The notes under the pieces are model-generated. The model saw nothing but the letters and a program-made list of their open reading frames with translations, ran no database searches and was not told the origin of the DNA. From NCBI GenBank assembly GCA_017555695.1, contig JAFZFX010000005.1:2855-66854 (forward strand): DNA of 64,000 bases, read 5' to 3'. Below, piece after piece: positions 36,227-45,144 of this stretch. The first letter of the stretch is position 1; each line of letters begins with the position of its first letter. Both the position numbers and the translations under genes were made by a program. Source of the DNA: Alistipes sp. GTDB lineage: Bacteria; Bacteroidota; Bacteroidia; Bacteroidales; Rikenellaceae.

Positions 36227-38263
36227 TTAATCCACCTTTTGTAGGACGATTGCGGTGCGGGAGGTGTTGTAGACCTTTAGGCGGGGGTAGAGGTTGCCCT
36301 CTTCGTCCTCGATGTTGAACGAGAAGTGTTCCTCGCCGAGGCTCAGGCGCTTGAGTCCGCCGAAGCGCTCCTCGTCGGTAGAGAGGATGACTCTGTACTT
36401 GCCCGCTTCGTGCAGCGGCAGCTCATAGTCAGGAATTGAGGCTGTCGGGTGCCAGTTGAATATGAATATGAGGTCGCGGTGCGAGTAAACCATTGTTTTG
36501 TTCTGCTCGTCCATCAGCAGGTTGTAGGGATAGCCGTCGGCAAGGATGTCGTGCTTGCGCACCAGCGAAATCATAGCCTCGTCGAAGTCGGCAAGGTATG
36601 CGTAGCGCAACTCCTCGCTATCGCGCAGTGACCATTGACGGCGTGCGTGCACATACGACCAGCCATTGCCCTCGCGTGGGAAGTCAATCCATTCGGGGTG
36701 GCCGAACTCGTTACCCATAAAGTTCAGGTAGGCCTCGCCGCCCGTAGTAATGGTGAGAAGGCGTATCATCTTGTGTAGTGCCAATCCGCGATCTACAACC
36801 ATACTCTCCGTAGTGCGATCCATCGAGTCATACATCAACTTATCTAGCAGACGGAACGCAATGGTCTTATCTCCCACCAAAGCCTGGTCGTGTGACTCTG
36901 CATAGGCTACGGTCTTCACCTCGGGCAGGCGGTTTGTCATTATGCTCCACATCTCCCATATATTCCAATCTTCGTCGGGCGTATCCTTCAGCATCTTAAT
37001 CCAGAAGTCGGGGATAGCCATACCTAGGCGATAGTCGAATCCTATACCGCCATCATCAATCTTCGAGCAGATGCCAGGCATACCGCTTACATCTTCGGCT
37101 ATGGTGATGGCATCTTTGCGTAGGTCGTGAACGAGGCGGTTAGCCAGCGTCAGGTATGTGATGGCGTCGAGGTCCACGCCCTCGTCGAAGAACTTTTCGC
37201 GTGAGTCGAAGTCTATATATCCTCGGTGGTAGTATAGCATAGATGTAACGCCGTCGAAGCGGAAACCGTCGAAGCGGAACTCCTCCATCCAATACTTTAC
37301 ATTCGAGAGCAGGAAGTGCTCAACGCCTCCCTTGCCGTAGTCGAATATCATCGAGTCCCAATACTGCTGATAACCAGCGTCGCCCGCTTTCGAGTAGTGG
37401 TGGTCAGAGCCGTCGAGGTCTCTGATGCCTTCGTTCAGATTCTTCACATAGTGGGCGTGTACCAAATCCATGATGACGGCAATACCCATCGAGTGGGCGG
37501 TGTCGATTAGTCGCTTCAACTCCTCGGGTGTGCCACATCGTGATGATGGAGCGAAGAAGTTGGCGACATGATATCCAAATGAACCATAGTAGGGGTGTTC
37601 GGCAATAGCCATCAACTGCACGGCGTTATATCCCGCCTCCTTGATGCGTGGTAGGATGTTGTCGGTAAACTCGATGTAAGTACCGACACCTTCACGCTCT
37701 TGTGCCATTCCAACATGAGCCTCATATATGAGCAGAGAGCCAATCTTCGATGCGTCGAACTTCTCGTTTTGCCACTCATACTGCTGTGTGGGATTCCAGA
37801 ATTGGGCTGTGTAGTTTTTGGTCTCCTCATCCTGTACCACTCGTGTGGCGTAGGCGGGGATGCGGTCATACCAGCCGTTGGCGCCGTGAATGTGGAGTTT
37901 ATAGAGCGAACAGTGAGTCAGCAGATGGCCATACATCGCCTCGGGCAGGAATATGCTCCACACCCCGTTGCGGTCTTTGTCCAGACGCAGTTGGGTGCGC
38001 TGCCACGAATTGAAGTCGCCAAAAATGAAGACATCGTAAGCCTCGGGTAGCCACTCGCGGAACCACCAGCCCGAGAGCTCGTCGTCCCACTGCCAACCGA
38101 AATATTTGTAACCATTGGCATAGTCCACAAGCGAGCCAGCCTGCTGTTCTATGGCATCTTTGCGACTTAAATATCTATTGTGGCGTTCGGCAACCGAGTC
38201 TGCTACAGGGTGTAACCACTCGTCGCGCTGAACCATTGGCAAAAACTTTTTCACCTCTTGCAT
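36227..38263 (-). CDS. glgB: 1,4-alpha-glucan branching enzyme (GH13)
   Basis: IYEAHVGMA, FDGFRFDGVTSMLY, IAEDVSG, YAESHDQ, NFMGNEFGHPEWIDFPR. Confidence 0.95.
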   Translation of the reverse strand: MQEVKKFLPMVQRDEWLHPVADSVAERHNRYLSRKDAIEQQAGSLVDYANGYKYFGWQWDDELSGWWFREWLPEAYDVFIFGDFNSWQRTQLRLDKDRNGVWSIFLPEAMYGHLLTHCSLYKLHIHGANGWYDRIPAYATRVVQDEETKNYTAQFWNPTQQYEWQNEKFDASKIGSLLIYEAHVGMAQEREGVGTYIEFTDNILPRIKEAGYNAVQLMAIAEHPYYGSFGYHVANFFAPSSRCGTPEELKRLIDTAHSMGIAVIMDLVHAHYVKNLNEGIRDLDGSDHHYSKAGDAGYQQYWDSMIFDYGKGGVEHFLLSNVKYWMEEFRFDGFRFDGVTSMLYYHRGYIDFDSREKFFDEGVDLDAITYLTLANRLVHDLRKDAITIAEDVSGMPGICSKIDDGGIGFDYRLGMAIPDFWIKMLKDTPDEDWNIWEMWSIMTNRLPEVKTVAYAESHDQALVGDKTIAFRLLDKLMYDSMDRTTESMVVDRGLALHKMIRLLTITTGGEAYLNFMGNEFGHPEWIDFPREGNGWSYVHARRQWSLRDSEELRYAYLADFDEAMISLVRKHDILADGYPYNLLMDEQNKTMVYSHRDLIFIFNWHPTASIPDYELPLHEAGKYRVILSTDEERFGGLKRLSLGEEHFSFNIEDEEGNLYPRLKVYNTSRTAIVLQKVD

Positions 38264-38288
38264 ATTGTTATTTCATTTGGTTTATACA

Positions 38289-38317
38289 CAAATATACAAT
38301 AAAAATTTCTATATTTG
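38289..38317. promoter_or_regulatory. Back-to-back -7 elements for glgB and the peptide transporter
   Basis: CAAATATA (38289-96) - 13 bp - TATATTTG (38310-17). Confidence 0.6.
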
Positions 38318-38371
38318 TGCAAATTTAGCAACATTGCTGATATATTAACCATTAAATAATTTAAGAAAACT

Positions 38372-39889
38372 ATGTTCAAAGGACATCCTAAGGGACTATA
38401 TGCCCTTGCTTTGGCTAACACTGGTGAGCGTTTTGGCTACTATACTATGTTGGCTGTATTTGCGTTGTTCCTGCGTGCTAACTTCGGCTTGGATGCCGGT
38501 GTTGCGGGTGCAATCTATTCGACTTTCCTCGGATTGGTATATCTTATGCCTCTCTTTGGTGGTATTATGGCCGACAAGTTTGGCTTTGGCAAGATGGTAA
38601 CAATCGGTATTACAATCATGTTTGCCGGTTACCTGTTGCTCTCGTTCCCGTTGGGCGGTGATACAGTAGCTATGATTGCTATGTTGGCAGCGTTGCTCTT
38701 CATTAGTGTTGGTACTGGTTTGTTCAAGGGTAACTTGCAGGTAATGGTAGGTAACCTCTACGACGACCCGAAGTATGCTGACAAGCGTGACTCAGGTTTC
38801 TCAATCTTCTATATGGCTATCAACATTGGTGCATTGTTTGCTCCTACCGCAGCCGTAAAGATTAAGGAGTGGGCAGAAACTTCACTCGGTTACACAGGTA
38901 ACGACGCTTACCACTTCTCGTTCGCAGTGGCTTGCGCATCGCTTATCGCTTCAATCGTTATCTACTACATTTTCCGTTCTACTTTCCGTCATGTAGAGGG
39001 TGGCGAGCGCAAGAAGGGTGATGCTGTGGCCGTTGAGGATACACTCACACCTGCCGAGACAAAGGCTCGTATGACAGCTTTGTTCCTTGTATTTGCCGTT
39101 GTTATCTTCTTCTGGATGGCATTCCACCAGAACGGTTTGACACTTACTTACTTCGCTGACGAGTTCACCGCAAAGAGCTCTGAGGGCTTGCAGAGTATGG
39201 CATTCAATGTATGGAACCTCGTTCTTATTATTGTTGCTGTTTATGCTGGTTTCTCACTCTTCCAGAGCGACAGCGCAAAGGGTAAGGCCGTATCGGGCGT
39301 TACAATCTTGGCTGTTATCGGTATCTTGGTTTACAAGTATCTCAACCTCAATGGTTCTGTAGCAGTTAGTGCACCTATCTTCCAGCAGTTCAACCCCTTC
39401 TATGTAGTAGCATTGACTCCCGTATCGATGGCTATCTTCGGCGCACTTGCAAAGCGTGGCAAGGAGCCTTCAGCACCCCGTAAGATTGCTTACGGTATGG
39501 TGATTGCAGCCGTAGGTTTCGCTGTAATGGCTGTTGCTTCTATGGGTCTTTTGACTCCCAACGAGCAGGCTGCCGCTGGTGATGCAGGTACTTTTGTTTC
39601 AGCAAACTGGTTGATTTCAACATACCTCGTATTGACATTTGCCGAGTTGTTGCTCTCGCCGATGGGTATCTCATTCGTATCGAAGGTGGCTCCTCCCAAG
39701 TATAAGGGTATGATGATGGGTTGCTGGTTCGTAGCTACAGCTATCGGTAACTGGTTGGTTGCAGTTGGTGGTTTCCTTTGGGGTGGCCTCTCACTCACCG
39801 TTGTATGGTCAGTATTTATCGCATTGTGCTTGCTCTCGGCTCTCTTCATGTTCTCAATGATGAAGCGTTTGGAGAATGCTACAAAGTAG
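38372..39889 (+). CDS. POT-family proton-dependent di/tripeptide transporter (MFS)
   Basis: GERFGYY, GTGLFKGN, FYMAINIG, FQQFNP, AELLLSPMG. Confidence 0.93.
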   Translation: MFKGHPKGLYALALANTGERFGYYTMLAVFALFLRANFGLDAGVAGAIYSTFLGLVYLMPLFGGIMADKFGFGKMVTIGITIMFAGYLLLSFPLGGDTVAMIAMLAALLFISVGTGLFKGNLQVMVGNLYDDPKYADKRDSGFSIFYMAINIGALFAPTAAVKIKEWAETSLGYTGNDAYHFSFAVACASLIASIVIYYIFRSTFRHVEGGERKKGDAVAVEDTLTPAETKARMTALFLVFAVVIFFWMAFHQNGLTLTYFADEFTAKSSEGLQSMAFNVWNLVLIIVAVYAGFSLFQSDSAKGKAVSGVTILAVIGILVYKYLNLNGSVAVSAPIFQQFNPFYVVALTPVSMAIFGALAKRGKEPSAPRKIAYGMVIAAVGFAVMAVASMGLLTPNEQAAAGDAGTFVSANWLISTYLVLTFAELLLSPMGISFVSKVAPPKYKGMMMGCWFVATAIGNWLVAVGGFLWGGLSLTVVWSVFIALCLLSALFMFSMMKRLENATK

Positions 39890-39914
39890 TCGATTACCCA
39901 ATCAACTATAAAGT

Positions 39915-39948
39915 AACGGGCTGTCGCCAAGTGGTGACAGCCCGTTTT
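39915..39948 (+). terminator. Intrinsic terminator
   Basis: AACGGGCTGTCGCC-AAGT-GGTGACAGCCCGTT followed by TT. Confidence 0.8.
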
Positions 39949-39984
39949 CTATTCTATTATCAGTTCCTTTGGTTGGAAGATAAG

Positions 39985-41106
39985 TTACGCTCTTAAAAAT
40001 ATCTTTTTGCGATACATTATATATAGTATCAAATAGATTATGCCCACCTGCGAGAGGGTGATAAGCACTCCGTACCACGCTCCCAAATACTGCTCCAATC
40101 CGAAGAAGAGAGATTGTGCAACGCCTCGGAAATTAACTATCTGTGTGAGCATATATGCCGTAATAGAGTTCATTCCATATGCCTTGAGCCAGGTGAGATT
40201 CGTGCGGCACTTCTTATAATCAACGAAGTAGTATGAAATGCCCAACAGAATGAACGACACGCCAGCGGCAAAGAGTGCCATCGACGAGGTCCATATAGTC
40301 TTGATTATAGGCATCCATATGCTCCACAACAGCGATACGGCAACCATTGCGGCGCCGCCACCAAACAAGAGCGTGAGTTTGCGCTTTTCAGCCATCTGAC
40401 TCTTGGCGATTGAGCCTGCAAACATACCGCATAGACCCGTTACGGCAAAGGTGAGCGAGCTGAGAATCCAGGTGTAGTGATACCACTCGGCCCACACTAC
40501 TGTGCCATCTTCAACCTTTGCGTGGTCGCGGAAACGACCCAACACTGCGCGGTCAATCCATTCGGCCAGATTGCCGTCGGGAGCGTAATTTCCGCCTCCA
40601 AAACCATCCACCGACACAAATTCCATTGCAGCCCAATAACCCAATAGAAGTACTACCGCTACCACAATCTGCGTGCGCCATTTGGTAAACAAAAACATAA
40701 TGGCTGCCACTGCGTAGGCCACGGCGATAGCCTGAAGTGTATTGGTGTATAGATATATGCGGTCGGGGTTGAGTGCGAGCAGGTTGCCCTGACACATCAT
40801 ACCAAATATCCACAATACTACAACGCGACGCAATATGTGCCACAGGGCTGCGCCCTTATTGTTGTCACGGCGATAGCGCTCCATAGCAAATGGGATTGTA
40901 GCGCCTGCCATAAACATAAATAGCGGCATAATCATATCCCACGGCGAAAAGCCCTCCCAATCGACATGGTGGAATATCCACATCCCTTTATTCAGCCATT
41001 CGGCATCGGCCGCCGAGGCAATCTTACCCATTATAGGGCCTAATGCCACCAGAAAGAATAGGTCCGCACCGCGCAGAACATCCAACGATTCCAGGCGTTT
41101 CTTCAT
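39985..41106 (-). CDS. DUF5009 / HGSNAT-like membrane acyltransferase
   Basis: RLESLDVLRG, H..WEG...D.IMPLF.F.AG, PIIKTIWTSS; start placed at MKKRLES (41106). Confidence 0.85.
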   Translation of the reverse strand: MKKRLESLDVLRGADLFFLVALGPIMGKIASAADAEWLNKGMWIFHHVDWEGFSPWDMIMPLFMFMAGATIPFAMERYRRDNNKGAALWHILRRVVVLWIFGMMCQGNLLALNPDRIYLYTNTLQAIAVAYAVAAIMFLFTKWRTQIVVAVVLLLGYWAAMEFVSVDGFGGGNYAPDGNLAEWIDRAVLGRFRDHAKVEDGTVVWAEWYHYTWILSSLTFAVTGLCGMFAGSIAKSQMAEKRKLTLLFGGGAAMVAVSLLWSIWMPIIKTIWTSSMALFAAGVSFILLGISYYFVDYKKCRTNLTWLKAYGMNSITAYMLTQIVNFRGVAQSLFFGLEQYLGAWYGVLITLSQVGIIYLILYIMYRKKIFLRA

Positions 41107-41156
41107 AGTCGTATGTTTTGAGTTGTTGTATATTTGGTGTTGTAGCCTCTTCAATA

Positions 41157-41975
41157 CTACTTGAAGGGTGAGTCGGGCTCCTTTGACATTACCCAATAGA
41201 AGAGCTTATCAACGAGTGCAGGAGCGAACTTCTTGATAAAGTGCGTTGCGCGACCCTCGGCCTCCATCAGACACAAACGCTTGCGACGGGCGATGCCACG
41301 AGCTACGATGTCGGCAACCTGCTCGGCTGTCATCATCTTGCCCTCTTCGCGAGGTGTTGAGCCCTGCTGCGAGCCATCGGCTGTCAAGGCAGAAAAACGC
41401 ACATTCGATGCGGTGAAGCCAGGGCAAGCAACCATCACATGGACGCCCTTCTTCAAATTCTCGACTCTGATGGTCTCCAGGAAGCCGGTCATAGCAAACT
41501 TCGATGCCGAGTAGCCAGTACGGCCAGGCAGACCGTGAATACCTGCCACTGACGAAATGCCGACGAGTGAGCCCTTTGACTTCTGCAGATAGGGTAGTGC
41601 AAACTTAGTGCAATAGACTGTGCCCCAGAAGTTCACATCCATCAGACGATGCAATACGCTCAAGTCGAGGTCATCAAACAGAGCGCGCATCGAGATACCT
41701 GCGTTGCATATCATAACATCAATTCCGCCGAAGTTCTCAACGGCAGTATTTATTAGAGCCTTGCAATCCTCCACTTTGGTTACATCTGTCGTGGCCCAAG
41801 CGGCCTGACCACCTGCGGCCTTAATCTCGTTGCAAAGAGCTTCGAGCTTGTCAGCCTGACGCGCTCCAAGTACAACCTTTGCGCCCATCTGTGCATATAC
41901 ACGAGCCATAGCCTCGCCAATACCTGACGATGCTCCCGTGATAACTACAACTTTGTCTTTTAGTTTGTTAGCCAT
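41157..41975 (-). CDS. Short-chain dehydrogenase/reductase
   Basis: TGASSGIG, NAG, YSASK. Confidence 0.93.
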   Translation of the reverse strand: MANKLKDKVVVITGASSGIGEAMARVYAQMGAKVVLGARQADKLEALCNEIKAAGGQAAWATTDVTKVEDCKALINTAVENFGGIDVMICNAGISMRALFDDLDLSVLHRLMDVNFWGTVYCTKFALPYLQKSKGSLVGISSVAGIHGLPGRTGYSASKFAMTGFLETIRVENLKKGVHVMVACPGFTASNVRFSALTADGSQQGSTPREEGKMMTAEQVADIVARGIARRKRLCLMEAEGRATHFIKKFAPALVDKLFYWVMSKEPDSPFK

Positions 41976-42023
41976 AGTATAACTATTTTTGTTGCTATAA
42001 TCTATTCCGTTTGCTGTATGTGC

Positions 42024-42806
42024 CTACTCTTCGATGTCGATTGTCAGTGTGTCATATCCAAGAAATACCCCTTCGGGTAGCTGCTTGCTGGTTTCGGCGT
42101 GCAGACCGATGTCGTGCGAAAGGTGCGTGAGGTAGGCCACGCGAGGTTTCACCTCATCGATAAGTGCGAGAGCCTCATCAACGCTGAAATGCGAGTGGTG
42201 GGGCATAAAGCGCAGAGCATTTACCACGAGGGTATCCACGCCCTTTAGTTTCTCCACCTCGCCATCCATCAACTCCTTGAAGTCGGTGAGATAGGCCATT
42301 TTGCCTATACGATACCCCGTCACATTGAATCGCTCGGAGTGTCGGCCATTGATGGGTATAATCTCTCGCCCGTTGAGCGTAAATGGTTGGTCGGTCGCTA
42401 TTGCGTGCAGTCGCATCTCGGGCGCTCCTATATACTTGTTCTCAACGAATGCGTAACCGAAATCTCGGCGTACACAGGCCGTCGTATGTTCGGTGGCGTA
42501 TATGTCGATTGGGCGCACGATAGGGTAGTCCACGAAATTGAATGCCCTTACATCGTCGAGTCCACCCGTGTGGTCCTTGTGTTCGTGGGTGAGTAGTATA
42601 GCATCAATCTGCCTTACGCCCGTGCGTAGCATCTGTTGTCGGAAGTCGGGTCCCGCATCAATCACTATGCGCATATCGTCACACTCGACCATCGCAGAGG
42701 TGCGCAGTCGCTTATCGTGCCAATCTGCCGATTGACACACCTCGCAACGACACCCGATGACGGGTACGCCCTGTGATGTTCCTGTACCGAGTAGTGTGAG
42801 TCTCAT
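42024..42806 (-). CDS. MBL-fold metallo-hydrolase, PhnP-like
   Basis: LGTGTSQGVP..GC.C.VC, THEHKDH, YLTD, THLSH. Confidence 0.9.
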   Translation of the reverse strand: MRLTLLGTGTSQGVPVIGCRCEVCQSADWHDKRLRTSAMVECDDMRIVIDAGPDFRQQMLRTGVRQIDAILLTHEHKDHTGGLDDVRAFNFVDYPIVRPIDIYATEHTTACVRRDFGYAFVENKYIGAPEMRLHAIATDQPFTLNGREIIPINGRHSERFNVTGYRIGKMAYLTDFKELMDGEVEKLKGVDTLVVNALRFMPHHSHFSVDEALALIDEVKPRVAYLTHLSHDIGLHAETSKQLPEGVFLGYDTLTIDIEE

Positions 42807-42808
42807 CT

Positions 42809-43159
42809 CTATTCCAAATTCAGTTCTATGCGTCTCTTGCGCGAGAATTTCTTAATCACCTCTGCGTAAGAGTGGTCAATCAATGACTTGATAAGTTTGT
42901 CATCCAACGCAGGAATCAGGTGCTGGTTCCAATATTTCTTGTTGAAGTGCCACGCAGGCTCTATAGCCGAGTAGCGTTCACGCAACTCGATGGCGTAGCT
43001 GGCGTCGCACTTGAGTGTCAGCATATCGCTCCTCTCCAGCGGCAAGCAGGCAAACATCTTTCCCGCAACCTTGAAGACCAAGGTGGTGTCGTCGAAGGGG
43101 AACTCCTCTGTCGCCAGAGGTTTGCTCAAGCAATATTCACGAATACTCTCAATATCCAT
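42809..43159 (-). CDS. MmcQ/YjbR family protein
   Basis: FPFDD..LVFKVAGKMFA, LKCD, AWHFNKKYWN. Confidence 0.9.
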   Translation of the reverse strand: MDIESIREYCLSKPLATEEFPFDDTTLVFKVAGKMFACLPLERSDMLTLKCDASYAIELRERYSAIEPAWHFNKKYWNQHLIPALDDKLIKSLIDHSYAEVIKKFSRKRRIELNLE

Positions 43160-43162
43160 AGC

Positions 43163-43618
43163 CTATTCTGGTTTGTAGCCAATATCCACCAGCAGATTGC
43201 CACTGTTTGCTGCCGCTACGGCCAACTCGTCACAGCGGTTGTTCTCTACTGTCGAGGCGTGACCCTTCACCCAAATAAAGCGAACATTGTGGCGTCGATA
43301 GACCCTTAAGAAGCGCATCCAGAGGTCGGGATTCTTCTTGCCAGCAAAGTTCTTGCGCTCCCAGCCGAATACCCATCGTTGATTGACTGCGTCGATTACA
43401 TACTTCGAGTCGGAGTAGAGGGTCACATTGCTACCCTCAAACTTCAGAGCCTCCAGCGCAACGCATACGGCCATCAACTCCATACGGTTGTTGGTCGTCA
43501 GTTTATACCCCTCCGAAATCTCCTTTCTGTGAGGCCCCGACAATAGCACTACGCCATAGCCTCCCCTGCCAGGGTTGCCTTGGGCTGCGCCATCGGTATA
43601 TATCGTAATATCTGCCAT
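43163..43618 (-). CDS. rnhA: Ribonuclease HI
   Basis: IYTDGA..GNPG.GG, TTNNRMEL, DSKY, WVKGH...N.RCD.LA. Confidence 0.97.
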   Translation of the reverse strand: MADITIYTDGAAQGNPGRGGYGVVLLSGPHRKEISEGYKLTTNNRMELMAVCVALEALKFEGSNVTLYSDSKYVIDAVNQRWVFGWERKNFAGKKNPDLWMRFLRVYRRHNVRFIWVKGHASTVENNRCDELAVAAANSGNLLVDIGYKPE

Positions 43619-43623
43619 AAAAT

Positions 43624-45135
43624 CTATTTTTCTACATATAAAACAACACTCTGCGGTGCTGCTGTAATATTTACTCTGCCCTTGCGAGCCTTTTGCGTAG
43701 AGTTGCTTGCAATCATCTCTTCGTTGGTGGGAAGAGTCTCTCTTTCGTACGCGTAGCGGTCGAAGCGTTTACCCTCGGCGACGGAGTTTTCGATTATTGC
43801 CTTATACTCCTCTTGTGAGGCGTTTGCAATGACATATACCCAGCGACCATCCATTCCTCTAAAGGCCGAAGCCGCCACGAACTCGTCGTTGGTCTGCAAC
43901 GGGAAAATCTCACTACGGCCGATGTGGCGTGTTAGTAGCGAGTATGCCCAATACTGCGGACGCAACTCAAAGTCACACTCTATATCATCGAAATAGGGTT
44001 CGCTGCTGTATTCGCTCTTTGCCGAGCGCCAGAGTCCAAGTTGCTGCATCGAGCCATAGGAGTCGGTGAAGGCGTAGTATTCGTCCAGCAACGACCAATA
44101 GCTCACTCCTGCAGCTCCTGCATTCATCAGCGAGAGGGCTATGCGGGACATCAGTACACCGCGTTCGTAGAGGTCAATATCCCTCTGTCGTGATGCTCCG
44201 ACGGTCTGGTTTGAGCCGAACTCTCCAATGTAGTGACGCTTGCCTGTGGGGCGTACAACCTCGATATTAGCTCGCTCCCAAGCCTCAATCTCGCTGTTGG
44301 GTGTCTCGTAACCGAATTTGTAGGTGTGCGAGTTGTAGCAGTCGGATATGTCGTTTGCCGACGATACGGCCTTACGCAGAAAACCGATATGCTCAGCATC
44401 GTCCGAGAGGTTGAATAGCAACTTGTTACGCAAGCCATCGCGCTCCAACCTGTCGTTCAATAGGTGGCACATCTCGACATAATGCTCATAGTCCAACTCT
44501 CCGTCTATGCGGTACGACCAGCTCGGCTCGTTCATTAGAGTGATGGCCTTGATGCAGGTGTACTTCTTCTGTAAAATCAGATATTGCAAAAGCGCCGAAG
44601 TACTCTCGGCCCACTCGTCCATATCTTTTGATGGAACGCACCAGTCATTCGTTGAGTTACTCTTTGCCAGGAAGTAGATATCAGAAGAACGGTAGCGCTC
44701 GTCGATTATCGCTCCGCAGTAGCGGTGACAACCCCACATCGTAAGGGTGATATCTATGCCACAACGCTCGGCCAGATCCAATGTCTTGTATAGCGACTGC
44801 ATCTCGACCGATTGTAGTGTCAGCGCCTCCCAGGCTATTTTGTTGGGGTCGTCGTTGTCGTTGATTGGTTCCCACCACGCAGGCATTGCCATCACGCGCA
44901 TACGCTTCAGCCCCATCTTCTCCACTCTCTCACAAACCATATCCCACGCCGCAGGGTCAATGCCTCGCATCACAATATTCTGTGACCAGAAGTGTGGGTC
45001 GTACTCCACCGATGGTGGCTCGACGATGTGCGACGGTCTATTACCTACGGCAATATATACACCATCGCGCTGCCCGTGGCAGGCTGTGAGCCCGACGGAT
45101 AGCGCGACGAGTAGTGATATGATTATGCGAAGCAT
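43624..45135 (-). CDS. Lipoprotein glycoside hydrolase of clan GH-A (GH5/GH30/GH39-like)
   Basis: Lipobox LTAC; candidate acid/base MNEP and nucleophile YIGEFG; C-terminal beta-sandwich (APQSVVLY). Confidence 0.7.
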   Translation of the reverse strand: MLRIIISLLVALSVGLTACHGQRDGVYIAVGNRPSHIVEPPSVEYDPHFWSQNIVMRGIDPAAWDMVCERVEKMGLKRMRVMAMPAWWEPINDNDDPNKIAWEALTLQSVEMQSLYKTLDLAERCGIDITLTMWGCHRYCGAIIDERYRSSDIYFLAKSNSTNDWCVPSKDMDEWAESTSALLQYLILQKKYTCIKAITLMNEPSWSYRIDGELDYEHYVEMCHLLNDRLERDGLRNKLLFNLSDDAEHIGFLRKAVSSANDISDCYNSHTYKFGYETPNSEIEAWERANIEVVRPTGKRHYIGEFGSNQTVGASRQRDIDLYERGVLMSRIALSLMNAGAAGVSYWSLLDEYYAFTDSYGSMQQLGLWRSAKSEYSSEPYFDDIECDFELRPQYWAYSLLTRHIGRSEIFPLQTNDEFVAASAFRGMDGRWVYVIANASQEEYKAIIENSVAEGKRFDRYAYERETLPTNEEMIASNSTQKARKGRVNITAAPQSVVLYVEK

Positions 45136-45144
45136 AAGGCAACG

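Noticed and set aside
41107-41196. N-terminal extension of the DUF5009 ORF overlapping the SDR gene
   Set aside because: The family motif starts at MKKRLESLD; ATG 41106 is the better start
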